From contig CACZWL010000006.1 of NCBI GenBank assembly GCA_902784865.1, positions 40,112 to 104,111 on the forward strand: a stretch of DNA of 64,000 nt, written 5' to 3'. A model generated the notes under the pieces. It searched no databases. It was not told the DNA's origin and was given only the letters and a program-made list of their open reading frames with translations. Source of the DNA: an uncultured Bacteroidota bacterium. Its GTDB lineage: Bacteria > Bacteroidota > Bacteroidia > Bacteroidales > P3. Within the stretch, counting starts at the first letter, position 1, and every line of letters starts with the position of its first letter. Below, in pieces: positions 38,654 to 48,603 of this stretch. A program made the translations under genes and the position numbers.

Positions 38654-38732
38654 GCAAAAAAATGTATGCCAAGACACAAAATATCCGCAAAAAAATGTAT
38701 ATTGCATCTGATTTATGTGCAAAAAAATGCAT
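38654..38732. repeat. Three 14-bp direct repeats (gcaaaaaaatgtat / ..gcat) spaced 32-33 bp
   Basis: Copies at 38654-38667, 38687-38700 and 38719-38732, just upstream of the ATPase ATG at 38741 and exactly at the G+C drop. Confidence 0.75.
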
Positions 38733-38740
38733 CAATTTTT

Positions 38741-40024
38741 ATGGAACGCTCTGTATTAAAACAACTTACATATTGGAAAAACAACCACAAAAGAAAGCCT
38801 CTTATTCTGAATGGGGCCCGTCAGGTAGGCAAAACGTGGCTTCTTCGCGAGTTTGCCCATCGCGAATATGCTAAAGAAGCATATATCTATTGCCGCAAAA
38901 ACGAAGCGGCACGCCGCATCTTCGCCCAAGACTTTGATACAGAACGGATACTCATGAACCTACGTGCCCTGTCTGGTGTCGACATCACATCTGGCGACAC
39001 GTTGATCATCCTCGACGAGGTGCAAGACATTCCAGAAGCTATCGAATCGCTGAAATACTTCTACGAAAGCCTCCCCGAATACCATATTGCCGTAGCGGGG
39101 TCGCTGCTCGGCATCTCAATGCACGCCGACATTTCGTTTCCTGTAGGCAAGGTAGATGAAATAAACCTATATCCAATGAGTTTCGAAGAATTTCTGCTAG
39201 CCAAAGGCGAGACAGAACTCGAAAAAGTCCTCTCAATGTGGGAATTTGAAGTACTAAATACACTTCACGAGAAACTCATCGACCTCCTTCGCCAGTACTT
39301 CTATGTGGGCGGGATGCCAGAAGCCGTCAAAGAATATGTCGAAACAGGAGCACTGAACGAAGTCCGCCGTATCCAGAAAAATATTCTTGGTGGCTATGCC
39401 CGCGACTTCTCGAAGCACGCCCCAAAAGAACTGGTGCCACGAATAGAACTAGTGTGGCAATCCATGCCCTCGCAGCTATTCAAAGAGAACAAGAAGTTCA
39501 TCTATGGAGCATTGCGCAAAGGGGCACGTGCCAACGACTTCGAGCTCGCCATCCGCTGGCTTGTCGATGCAGGGCTGCTGTACAAAGTTCCAAGATGCAA
39601 AAAAGTGGCATTGCCGTTGAGCATATACGAAGACCTGTCCGCCTTCAAACTTTACACTCTCGACACCGGTCTTCTGGGAGCCATGGCAAACGTAGAACCG
39701 GCACAGATACTGCTTAACGAGAACGCCTTTGTGGAATACAAGGGAGGCATGACCGAACAATATGTCCTGCAACAGATGACATGTCATGATTCCTGCCCAA
39801 TATACTACCACACAGCCGAAAATTCCCGTCTGAAGATTGACTTCCTCATTCAGCACAATGGCAAGCCACTGCCCATCGAAGTTAAAGCCGGAGGCAATGT
39901 ACGCGCCAACTCCCTCTCTCGGCTCCTGTCTGAGACACCGAACCTTGATGCCATACGATACTCCTTGCTTCCCTACAAAGAACAAGACCATCTGACAAAC
40001 ATCCCACTATACGCCGTGAGATAG
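38741..40024 (+). CDS. AAA+ ATPase with DUF4143-type C-terminal domain
   Basis: 427 aa. KPLILNGARQVGKTWLLREF (Walker A), LIILDEVQ (Walker B). C-terminal half is typical of AAA_14/DUF4143 proteins. AT-rich codon usage. Confidence 0.8.
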   Translation: MERSVLKQLTYWKNNHKRKPLILNGARQVGKTWLLREFAHREYAKEAYIYCRKNEAARRIFAQDFDTERILMNLRALSGVDITSGDTLIILDEVQDIPEAIESLKYFYESLPEYHIAVAGSLLGISMHADISFPVGKVDEINLYPMSFEEFLLAKGETELEKVLSMWEFEVLNTLHEKLIDLLRQYFYVGGMPEAVKEYVETGALNEVRRIQKNILGGYARDFSKHAPKELVPRIELVWQSMPSQLFKENKKFIYGALRKGARANDFELAIRWLVDAGLLYKVPRCKKVALPLSIYEDLSAFKLYTLDTGLLGAMANVEPAQILLNENAFVEYKGGMTEQYVLQQMTCHDSCPIYYHTAENSRLKIDFLIQHNGKPLPIEVKAGGNVRANSLSRLLSETPNLDAIRYSLLPYKEQDHLTNIPLYAVR

Positions 40025-40245
40025 CACACAGACGCATCCTCTCACTCTGCCTGGCTCCACAGGAGATATGGCCTGCGACGTAAGCACGGCAACGCGCAGC
40101 GGGCTGGAGCAAACACACTAACGCATTCCCACACTAACGCATTCTATGTGCCTTCTTTGCCACTTTTGCAAACATACTGAAAATCAAGCAACTGACAACA
40201 CCGACCTTGCAGGACACAAAATACTGATTCTCAACAAGCTACCAT

Positions 40246-40297
40246 GGCGATCCTTCGGCGATTCTTCGGCGGTCTCTCGGCAATCTCTCGGCAGTCC
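40246..40297. repeat. 11-bp tandem repeat (ggcgatycttc-like, 4.5 units)
   Basis: ggcgatccttc ggcgattcttc ggcggtctctc ggcaatctctc ggcagtcc, about 60 nt upstream of the helicase promoter box. Confidence 0.75.
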
Positions 40298-40354
40298 ATT
40301 TATGACCTCTATAGTCACGCTAAAAAATCATTTTGCCAATTCAAAAAGATTTCG

Positions 40355-40362
40355 TATTTTTG
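40355..40362 (+). promoter_or_regulatory. -7 promoter box (TATTTTTG) for the helicase operon
   Basis: Matches TAnnTTTG, 12 nt before the ATG at 40374 (24 nt before the ATG at 40386). Confidence 0.45.
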
Positions 40363-40373
40363 CAAAACAAAAT

Positions 40374-43300
40374 ATGTTGTATTTTATGGGCAGCAACTTT
40401 TTTACAAATGAAAACCAAAACACCCTTCTAAACAAGATAGAAGGTGTGTTTCAATACAAGAAAGTACACTTCTTTGATGCATTGGTTGGTTATTTCCGGG
40501 CTTCAGGATATTTCCGCATTAGAAAGTTTGTCCAGCAAACACCCAAAATACGATTTCTTGTTGGTATCAATGTCGACAAACTGACATATATAGCCTCTCA
40601 ACAAGGCTTGCTGTTTACTCCTGATGCCGACAAAACACTTGATGAATTCTTCTCGGACATTAAACAAAACATCCAAGAGGCTAAATACGACAAAGAGGTG
40701 GAGGACGGCATGTACCAGTTCATTGAGGACATATCTACTGGTCGTATTGAGATGAGAATACATCCTAAGCAGAATATACACGCCAAGATTTATATTTTCC
40801 GAGAGGAAACATATCATTCTCATGGGTTTGGATCTGTTATAACTGGATCAAGCAATTTGACGGAAGCTGGACTGGAGAAAAATTTTGAGTTCAATGTAGA
40901 ACTCCGAAATGACGATGATATCCTTTTTGCCACTGAAACATTTGAGAAACTTTGGGCCGAATCTGTCCCTATCTCAACAAAGCATGTGGAGGAGATAAAA
41001 AAAGAGTCGTATCTAAACACCGAACTGACACCATACGAAGTCTACCTCAAGTTCCTATTGGAATATTTTGGCAAGAGTATTGACTTTGACCCCAACTCCG
41101 TCTCTGATTTGCCAAAAGGATATAAGAAGCTGTCCTATCAGATAGATGCTGTCAATGATGGATATGCAAAAATGATGAAACACAACGGATTCTTTCTCTC
41201 CGATGTTGTCGGACTTGGAAAAACCGTTGTCACAGCGCTCATCGCAAAGAAATTTTTCTTTTCCAATGGATTCCCTACATATCGTTCACACACGTTAGTG
41301 ATTGTACCACCGGCCTTGCAAGATTCTTGGGATGAAACCTTGGACAAATTCAAGATAGACAATTACAAGATAGTCACCAATGGTAGTCTACATAAAATCA
41401 AGGATGCAGGCCTATATGATTTGGTGATTGTGGATGAGGCTCACAAGTTCCGCACAGATACTGCCTCAATGTACACCGAGTTGCAGAAAATTTGCAAAAC
41501 TCCTACACGCAGACAGAAACCCGATGGCAGCTTTTATAACAAGAAGGTCATACTGGTGACCGCTACTCCACTGAACAATAAACCTGAAGATATTGCCAAT
41601 CTCGTTTATCTGTTCCAAGACTCGAAAGACAGCACCTTGGAAGAGGGCAATCTTCAACGCTTTTTCCGCGAGCAGATAGACAAATATCGCAAACTGAAAG
41701 ATCAAAAAGATATAGCCTTGATTTCCGAAGGCATAAAGCGGATATATGAACGAATCAGGACAAAGGTTGTAGAGCCTCTCACGGTACGACGCACCAGAAC
41801 CGACCTGATGTCCAACGAAGCATACAAGAAAGACATTCTGGAGCAAGGGGTCGTCTTCCCCGATGTTCAGGCGCCAGAAAAGATATACTACCCCCTTGAT
41901 GATCAGCTCAACGAACTCTACGACAGGACAATCAAGATGCTCTGTGACCCCTATGAGGGATTGACCTATAATCGATACCAGGCCATCAAATATCTGCGTC
42001 CTGAGAAAAAGAAAAAATACAAGAAGGCTGATATGATTTCCACACAGTTGGCCAAAATCATGAAAACCCTTCTTGTCAAACGTATCGACAGCAGTTTCTA
42101 CGCTTTCAAACAATCGCTAAAACGCTATAGCGATGCAAACCGCGTGATGCGGGAGATGTTCGACAAAGGAACCATTTATATCGCCCCAAACCTGAAGGTC
42201 AATGAACTCTTGAATGATGGAAAAGAGGACGAACTCATTAAACTCATCAACGAGTCCATCTATGCCGACCCCACCATCGAAATCTGTGTTCCCGATGATT
42301 TTGAAGACGGATTTCTGGAAGGAATCAAGCACGACGAGGACATCCTCAATCAACTTGTGGATGGGTGGGACAAGATAGATTACGACCCCAAATTGGACAT
42401 GTTCTTTGAATATTTGGACGACAAACTTTTTGACAAAGCAAAGAACAACGAGGGCAAACTGGTTGTATTCTCCGAGAGTAAGGAGACTACCGACTATCTA
42501 CTGGATGCATTGATACAGCACGGCTATCCTCGCACAATTGCTGTCAAAAGCAGCAATCGCAATGAAATGATGCCCATAGTCAAGGCCAACTTCGATGCTA
42601 ACTATACCGAAGGTCAAAAGAATGACATAGACATCATCATTTCTACCGAAGTGTTAGCCGAAGGTGTTAACCTGCATCGTGCCAACGTCATTGTAAACTA
42701 TGATACTCCGTGGAACTCCACACGCCTGATGCAACGCATCGGTCGCGTGAACCGTATTGGCAGCACCGCGAAGGATATCTATATTTACAATTTCTTCCCC
42801 ACACAGAAGGTTAACGATGACATCGAACTGGAAAAGAAAGCTAAGATGAAACTCTTTGCTTTCCACTCCGCGCTTGGCGAAGACAGCCAAATCTATTCTA
42901 CCGATGAAAGCCCAGAGACATTTGGCCTTTTCGACAAGGATATAGACGAAGAACGCGATGAGAAGTTGGTTTACCTTATGCGATTGCGTAAGCTTAAGGA
43001 GGAAGATCCCGACTTGATAAAACGCATTGCCCGTTTGCCTATGCGCTCGCGTGTCGGACGCAAAAGCAAAGTGATGCGAGGGAGCACGCTGGTGTTCATT
43101 CGCAACAATCGTCGCGATGCTTTCACTTTCATTCGGGAGGACGGCTCGCACGAAGACTTGACTTTCCTCGAGGCGGCCAAAGCTTTTGAGGCCAAGGTCG
43201 ACGAAAAATCCATCCCTTTGCACGATTTACACCATCAACAGGTATCACAAGCCATCAGTCTCTTTGCCGAAAAGGATGAGGATAGCAAAGCCATAACGAT

Positions 43301-43652
43301 GAAGGTGAATGTTGCACAAGGGCCTAATGAAAAACGTGCAATAGCGTATCTTGACGCCTGTCTGCACATTGACAATCTGACGGACGAAGAATCCGGTTTG
43401 ATACGTCTGGCCAAGCGAGCCATCACCAGCGGAAAATTCCAACAATTGCAGCGCGATGTAAATAAACTGCAGTCTGCCACCAAGAAAACGCCTGTAAAAC
43501 CCTCAGTTCTGATAGAGAAAGTCATCGCAATTATCTCCTCATACCCATTACAGAATATTTCTACAGACATACCTACGCATACCCCTTCTGCAAACAAAGT
43601 ACAGAAGGGCAACTCACCGGAAATCATCATCTCCGAAAGTTTTAATTCGTAA
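40374..43652 (+). CDS. PLD-like nuclease domain fused to an SNF2-family helicase
   Basis: N-terminus HAKIYIF...GSSNLTEAG (HxK...GSxN PLD motif). SNF2 motifs VVGLGKT, VIVDEAHKFR, VTATPLNN and QRIGRVNRIGS. Alternative start at 40386. The ORF part upstream of 40374 is rejected. Confidence 0.85.
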   Translation: MLYFMGSNFFTNENQNTLLNKIEGVFQYKKVHFFDALVGYFRASGYFRIRKFVQQTPKIRFLVGINVDKLTYIASQQGLLFTPDADKTLDEFFSDIKQNIQEAKYDKEVEDGMYQFIEDISTGRIEMRIHPKQNIHAKIYIFREETYHSHGFGSVITGSSNLTEAGLEKNFEFNVELRNDDDILFATETFEKLWAESVPISTKHVEEIKKESYLNTELTPYEVYLKFLLEYFGKSIDFDPNSVSDLPKGYKKLSYQIDAVNDGYAKMMKHNGFFLSDVVGLGKTVVTALIAKKFFFSNGFPTYRSHTLVIVPPALQDSWDETLDKFKIDNYKIVTNGSLHKIKDAGLYDLVIVDEAHKFRTDTASMYTELQKICKTPTRRQKPDGSFYNKKVILVTATPLNNKPEDIANLVYLFQDSKDSTLEEGNLQRFFREQIDKYRKLKDQKDIALISEGIKRIYERIRTKVVEPLTVRRTRTDLMSNEAYKKDILEQGVVFPDVQAPEKIYYPLDDQLNELYDRTIKMLCDPYEGLTYNRYQAIKYLRPEKKKKYKKADMISTQLAKIMKTLLVKRIDSSFYAFKQSLKRYSDANRVMREMFDKGTIYIAPNLKVNELLNDGKEDELIKLINESIYADPTIEICVPDDFEDGFLEGIKHDEDILNQLVDGWDKIDYDPKLDMFFEYLDDKLFDKAKNNEGKLVVFSESKETTDYLLDALIQHGYPRTIAVKSSNRNEMMPIVKANFDANYTEGQKNDIDIIISTEVLAEGVNLHRANVIVNYDTPWNSTRLMQRIGRVNRIGSTAKDIYIYNFFPTQKVNDDIELEKKAKMKLFAFHSALGEDSQIYSTDESPETFGLFDKDIDEERDEKLVYLMRLRKLKEEDPDLIKRIARLPMRSRVGRKSKVMRGSTLVFIRNNRRDAFTFIREDGSHEDLTFLEAAKAFEAKVDEKSIPLHDLHHQQVSQAISLFAEKDEDSKAITMKVNVAQGPNEKRAIAYLDACLHIDNLTDEESGLIRLAKRAITSGKFQQLQRDVNKLQSATKKTPVKPSVLIEKVIAIISSYPLQNISTDIPTHTPSANKVQKGNSPEIIISESFNS

Positions 43653-43657
43653 CTTTG
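43650..43657 (+). promoter_or_regulatory. Internal -7 box (TAACTTTG) giving a near-leaderless AlbA_2 gene transcript
   Basis: TAACTTTGcaccATG; the box ends 4 nt before the ATG at 43662. Confidence 0.4.
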
Positions 43658-43661
43658 CACC

Positions 43662-45029
43662 ATGAGCGAGACCAACCGCATAGAATACAAAAGGGAATTG
43701 ACGCCCGACCTCGATATTGAAAAAGAGGTTATTGCCTTTTTGAACTACAAAGAAGGAGGCTACATTTATATTGGCATTGACGATGATGGTTCTGTTGTTG
43801 GGATTGATGATGTCGACGAGTGTATGCTGAAACTGAAAGACCGAATAAAAAACAATATCTCGCCATCAGCAATGGGCCTGTTCGACATCGCAAGCGAGTC
43901 ACACGAGGGGCGCACTGTCATAAAAATCACTGTGGCCAGTGGAATCGATAAACCGTATTTTAAAACTAAATATGGTATGACCCCACGCGGGGCATATATC
44001 CGTGTTGGCACATCGGTTGAACCCTTGCCTCAAGAACAGATTGACCGTCTGTTTGCAATGCGCACACGCAACTCCATCAGCAAGATAGTTTCAAACCGCC
44101 AGGATTTGACATTCGAGCAACTGCGTATCTACTATGACGAACGCGGCAAGCGACTGAACGACAATTTTAAGCGCAGTCTCGAATTAGTTACAAAAGAGGG
44201 AGAATACAATTATGTCGCCTATTTGTTGGCTGACGAGAACAACAATTCCATTAAAGTGGCCAAATACTCCAGCCTTGACCGATGCGACCTGATTGAAAAC
44301 AACGAGTATGGCTATTGCTCGCTTATCAAAGCCACCAAAAGCGTACTGACCAAACTGGAGATAGAGAACAAGACGGCTACGAAGATCACTCCTATGGAAC
44401 GAATCGAAACGCCTCTTTGGGACAGGGTGGCTGTGCGCGAGGCCGTAGTAAATGCTATCGTGCATAACGACTATTCCTTTGAAGTGCCACCCAAGTTCGA
44501 GATTTTCCCCGACAGGCTGGAAATTACCTCCGCGGGCAGACTTCCTGAATCCCTAAGTCGAGAGGAATTCTTTACAGGCATCTCCATCCCGCGCAACAAA
44601 GAGCTGATGCGTATCTATCGCGACCTCGATATTGTGGAATCGTTGGGCTCGGGTATACCGCGCATCCTCCGCTCCTATGGTGAAGATTGCTTCCATTTTA
44701 CTGACAACTTTATCCGAATCACCTTTCCTGCAAGTGTACGCATTGACTATGCAAGTGCATCTGCAAGTGCAACTGAAAATAAGACGGAAAAAACTACGGA
44801 AAAGTGGCCAGAAAAGTGGCCAGAAAAGTGGCCAGAAAAAGGCCAAAAAATATTAGATGCTATCTCTAATGATAAATCAACAACTATCGCAAAATTAGAA
44901 GTAGAACTAAAAATTGGACATACTACTCTAAAAAAGATATTACGTGAGATGCAGAACGAGAACATCATCCGCCATGTCGGACCTGACAAAGGTGGTCACT
45001 GGGAAATTGTAAATAATGACGCTAAATAG
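43662..45029 (+). CDS. AlbA_2 (Schlafen-like) / HATPase_c_4-like / winged-HTH protein (often annotated RecG-like putative transcriptional regulator)
   Basis: 455 aa. N-terminus NRIEYKRELTPDLDIEKEVIAFLNYKEGGYIYIGIDDDG. Middle REAVVNAIVHNDY...ESLGSGIPRI. C-terminus TTIAKLEVELKIGHTTLKKILREMQNENII. Confidence 0.8.
   Translation: MSETNRIEYKRELTPDLDIEKEVIAFLNYKEGGYIYIGIDDDGSVVGIDDVDECMLKLKDRIKNNISPSAMGLFDIASESHEGRTVIKITVASGIDKPYFKTKYGMTPRGAYIRVGTSVEPLPQEQIDRLFAMRTRNSISKIVSNRQDLTFEQLRIYYDERGKRLNDNFKRSLELVTKEGEYNYVAYLLADENNNSIKVAKYSSLDRCDLIENNEYGYCSLIKATKSVLTKLEIENKTATKITPMERIETPLWDRVAVREAVVNAIVHNDYSFEVPPKFEIFPDRLEITSAGRLPESLSREEFFTGISIPRNKELMRIYRDLDIVESLGSGIPRILRSYGEDCFHFTDNFIRITFPASVRIDYASASASATENKTEKTTEKWPEKWPEKWPEKGQKILDAISNDKSTTIAKLEVELKIGHTTLKKILREMQNENIIRHVGPDKGGHWEIVNNDAK
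44799..44834. repeat. Perfect 12-bp x3 tandem repeat (gaaaagtggcca) inside the AlbA_2 gene
   Basis: Encodes (EKWP)x3. A degenerate fourth unit, gaaaaaggcca, follows. Confidence 0.85.
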
Positions 45030-48000
45030 CAAGATAAGAATAAAAATAGCACACAATATGAACCGCCAAGACTTAAAACAGATACTATCATCAAAGTTCG
45101 ACTTCGCCAAGTGGAAAGAACTGCTCCTTGATATGTTCAAGAGTGTTGATTTCTTTACCAAGACTGTAGCCGTTGATGCAGACTTGATAAAGTCTGGTGG
45201 ACAGCTGGGCACAATCCATCTTGGCGATAGGCGTGATATTGCACTTTTCGTTTTTGAAGTGGCAGACCACGTAAAAATAGAAAGAAACCGTATAGGTCTT
45301 CGTAAAATCGGAGCAAAGTATGTCGACCAAAACATCGTTCATGGCGCATTGGTTTTTTACTATTCATCTTCGCAAGCCAACTATCGTTTGACTTATGTGT
45401 CAAAGAAAACGGTTCTGGATGCCGCAGGTAATTTAATCACGCAAGAAACAGCACCGAAACGTTTCACTTTCTTGTTAGGCGAAAACGAACCTTGCAGCAC
45501 CGCTGCACAACGATTGATACGCTTTTTTAATTCCAAGGATGTTCCGGTAATGGCCGATTTAGAAGAAGCTTTTTCGGTCGAGCGCTTGAATAGCGAGTTT
45601 TTTGATGGCTACAAAAGCCAATATAAGAAATTCAAAGATACGCTTCCAAATACGAGACGTCATAGAGACTATGTAAAAAAACTCTTAGGACGCCTTGTGT
45701 TTCTCCAGTTCTTGCAAAAGAGAGGCTGGATGGGCGTTCCTGTCAACGTGGAAGGCTGGGAAGGTGGAGACAAACAATATTTATACAATTTAATTCATCG
45801 TTACGAAGGCAACGATAGATTGTTAAGTGATGTACTTGAATATTTGTTCTTCAATACGTTGAATGAAAAGCGCAATGGCGATATCGCTGATAAACGCCTG
45901 GGAGACAATATCAAAATACCTTATTTGAATGGAGGTCTGTTTGAGAAGGATGATATAGACAGGATGGATATAGATTTCCCTTTCGAATATTTTGCCAATT
46001 TGATAGATTTCTTCTCAATGTATAACTTTACAATTGATGAGAATGACCCTGACGATGCAGAAGTGGGTGTTGATCCAGAAATGTTAGGACATATCTTCGA
46101 AAACCTGCTTGAAGATAACAACGAGAAAGGTGCCTACTATACCCCCAAGGAAATTGTCCAATACATGAGTCAAGAGAGTGTGTCGCAATATTTGAAGAAA
46201 CATCTGGAAGGGGAATTCCAGGAAGCGGTTGACGATTTGATTATGCGGAATGTCGTTGCTGAAGTCATCCAAAACAAGAATGTGGCAAAGAAAATTGACG
46301 AATTATTGGATAACGTTAAAGTATGCGATCCAGCCATTGGCTCGGGAGCATTTCCGATAGGGGTGATGAATGTTTTGTATCGAGCCCATCTGCATCTATA
46401 CGGCTTTTCAAATCCCACTAAACCTTTTTCCCCGGCTTCTGTCAAAAAAGATATTATCCAAAACAACATCTATGGTGTGGATATTGAACAAGGAGCTGTA
46501 GATATTGCACGATTGCGCTTCTGGCTTGCCCTTATCGTTGATGAGGAAGAACCTGTGCCACTCCCCAATTTGGATTATAAAATAGTGTGTGGCGACTCTT
46601 TGTTGAACCGCTACGATCTTGACGTTCCTATTAAATCGGTATTTGTTGAATACAATCAGAGCCATACTGGCAAGGAAAGCAAAATGTCCTTGCAGAAATA
46701 CAAACAATTGGTGGCCGATTTCACTAATACGGATGACCACAATGCAAAAAATATATTCCGGGGTAAAATTGAGGAGATTAAAAACTCATTCCGATTCTAC
46801 TTGTCCAAAAAAGAGGCTAATAGTTTGATGAAATTACGTAGTGAGGTCGCCTATTACAATTATCCCCGTTTTTTTGAAGAAACAGAGGAAGAGGCTGCAC
46901 ATCGTAAGAACCGTCAGGCAGACTTGGCGCAAATGGAGGAGTATGCAAAGAATATTGAGACCAATAGACTCTATAGCAACTCCTTTGAATGGCGCTTTGA
47001 ATACCCTGCATTGTTAGATGAGGATGGAAACTTCACTGGTTTTGACATCATCATTGGCAACCCGCCTTATTTGAGAATTCAGGGCCTTAGAGAAAGGGAC
47101 TCTGACTATGCTGATGAGTTAGTTAAAAAATACAAATCTGCGACAGGCTCCTTCGATTTGTACGAGATGTTTGTTGAACAAGGATTAAAGTTGTCGGGTG
47201 ATAATGGTATCGTGAATTATATCATGCCCACCAAATGGACAAACTCTGCCTTCGGCAAAGGCCTTCGTAAACTATTGGTGGAGCAAACTGCCATTTCGAA
47301 GATTATCAGCTTTGGAGACTATCAGATATTTGATGCATCTACCTACACGGGGCTCCAGTGGTTTGTCAAAGGAAGTACCCGGCTGGAATATTATGAACTG
47401 GATAGAAGCATCACATCGAAAGACGACCTGCAGAAATTCCTATTTTCACTCACTCAAGAGAAATCAACTACAATCGAGATGTCTTCATTGTCCGAGAAAC
47501 AATGGGTACTCACATCTGGCGAAACTTCTCGAATCTTGAAAGAAATGAACAGGCAGCCCAGACACATCAAAGACGTGTTTGACAAGATATTTCAAGGTTT
47601 GGCAACCAGTAAGGATGATGTATATTTCCTTTATAATTGTGAAGAAGAAGGAAAGTACGTTGTTGGAGATTCCAAACAATTAGGCAGGCGAATCAAAGTG
47701 GAGAAAGGAATAGTAAAACCTTTGTTAAAGGGTGGAAATGTACATAGATATGATACTATTTCGACAAATATGTACGTAATATTTCCATACATAATCAAAG
47801 AAGGTAATGCAGTATTGATTCCAGAAGATGATTTAAGTAACAAATTCCCAATGGCGTATTCATACCTAAAAGAAAATGAATCACCTCTCAGAAATAGAGA
47901 ACATGGCAGATTTAACATAGATGGTTCTTGGTTTCAATTTGGAAGAAAACAAGGCATTTTATCAGCTGAAACAGAAAAACTGGTCGCCCCAGATATTTCT

Positions 48001-48603
48001 ATGGGTGGGAATTTCGCCTATGACATTGATGGGAAATTTTATCAGACAACTACAATCTACGGATATTTAAAAAAAGCAAATGTCAAAGAAAGTTACGAAT
48101 TCTGGATGGCGTTGCTTAATTCCCGACTTTGCTGGTGGTTTTTGACAAATACCGGAACCACATTGGCCAATGGTTTCTTCAGATTCAAACCTGATTACAT
48201 TAATCCTTTCCCTATTCCAATTGAAACGCAAACAGAGAAATGTTCATTCATTATTGAGTCATTGGCGACCATGATTCAGTATTTGTATAACAAAAGCAAT
48301 AAAGAATTATATACCCATACCTTGAATGAAAGACTTGCAATCCATCTCGAAGAAATAATAGACATGGTTGTTTACGAGTTATACTTTGAACAACACATGA
48401 AGGAACAAAAGATAGATGTAATTGAGGATTTGAAGGGTTATAAATGGAATAATAACAAAATAATCGCCGAACAAATCAAAGATTTCTATCAATGGTTCCA
48501 GCAGTCCGATAATATGGTTCGTCAAAAGCTAATGCTGCTTGATACTCGCAGTTCAAACCTTTTGTATGAAATCCATAAATCCTGGAGATATGAGCAAAAT
48601 TAA
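45016..48603 (+). CDS. Eco57I-like N6-adenine DNA methyltransferase with TaqI_C-like specificity region (about 1200 aa, no nuclease motif recognised)
   Basis: Motif I VCDPAIGSGAFPIG and motif IV IIIGNPPY. The C-terminal third has FQGLATSKDDVYFL and FRFKPDYINPFPIP. The ATG at 45016 overlaps the upstream gene by 14 nt; the alternative ATG is at 45058. Confidence 0.85.
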   Translation: MTLNSKIRIKIAHNMNRQDLKQILSSKFDFAKWKELLLDMFKSVDFFTKTVAVDADLIKSGGQLGTIHLGDRRDIALFVFEVADHVKIERNRIGLRKIGAKYVDQNIVHGALVFYYSSSQANYRLTYVSKKTVLDAAGNLITQETAPKRFTFLLGENEPCSTAAQRLIRFFNSKDVPVMADLEEAFSVERLNSEFFDGYKSQYKKFKDTLPNTRRHRDYVKKLLGRLVFLQFLQKRGWMGVPVNVEGWEGGDKQYLYNLIHRYEGNDRLLSDVLEYLFFNTLNEKRNGDIADKRLGDNIKIPYLNGGLFEKDDIDRMDIDFPFEYFANLIDFFSMYNFTIDENDPDDAEVGVDPEMLGHIFENLLEDNNEKGAYYTPKEIVQYMSQESVSQYLKKHLEGEFQEAVDDLIMRNVVAEVIQNKNVAKKIDELLDNVKVCDPAIGSGAFPIGVMNVLYRAHLHLYGFSNPTKPFSPASVKKDIIQNNIYGVDIEQGAVDIARLRFWLALIVDEEEPVPLPNLDYKIVCGDSLLNRYDLDVPIKSVFVEYNQSHTGKESKMSLQKYKQLVADFTNTDDHNAKNIFRGKIEEIKNSFRFYLSKKEANSLMKLRSEVAYYNYPRFFEETEEEAAHRKNRQADLAQMEEYAKNIETNRLYSNSFEWRFEYPALLDEDGNFTGFDIIIGNPPYLRIQGLRERDSDYADELVKKYKSATGSFDLYEMFVEQGLKLSGDNGIVNYIMPTKWTNSAFGKGLRKLLVEQTAISKIISFGDYQIFDASTYTGLQWFVKGSTRLEYYELDRSITSKDDLQKFLFSLTQEKSTTIEMSSLSEKQWVLTSGETSRILKEMNRQPRHIKDVFDKIFQGLATSKDDVYFLYNCEEEGKYVVGDSKQLGRRIKVEKGIVKPLLKGGNVHRYDTISTNMYVIFPYIIKEGNAVLIPEDDLSNKFPMAYSYLKENESPLRNREHGRFNIDGSWFQFGRKQGILSAETEKLVAPDISMGGNFAYDIDGKFYQTTTIYGYLKKANVKESYEFWMALLNSRLCWWFLTNTGTTLANGFFRFKPDYINPFPIPIETQTEKCSFIIESLATMIQYLYNKSNKELYTHTLNERLAIHLEEIIDMVVYELYFEQHMKEQKIDVIEDLKGYKWNNNKIIAEQIKDFYQWFQQSDNMVRQKLMLLDTRSSNLLYEIHKSWRYEQN

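Noticed and set aside
40146-40373. N-terminal extension of the helicase ORF. The extensions 38585-38740, 58734-59048, 29540-29689 and 15481-15735 of other genes are treated the same way.
   Set aside because: They run through repeats, promoter boxes or the preceding gene. Conserved N-termini or signal peptides begin at the internal Met codons chosen.
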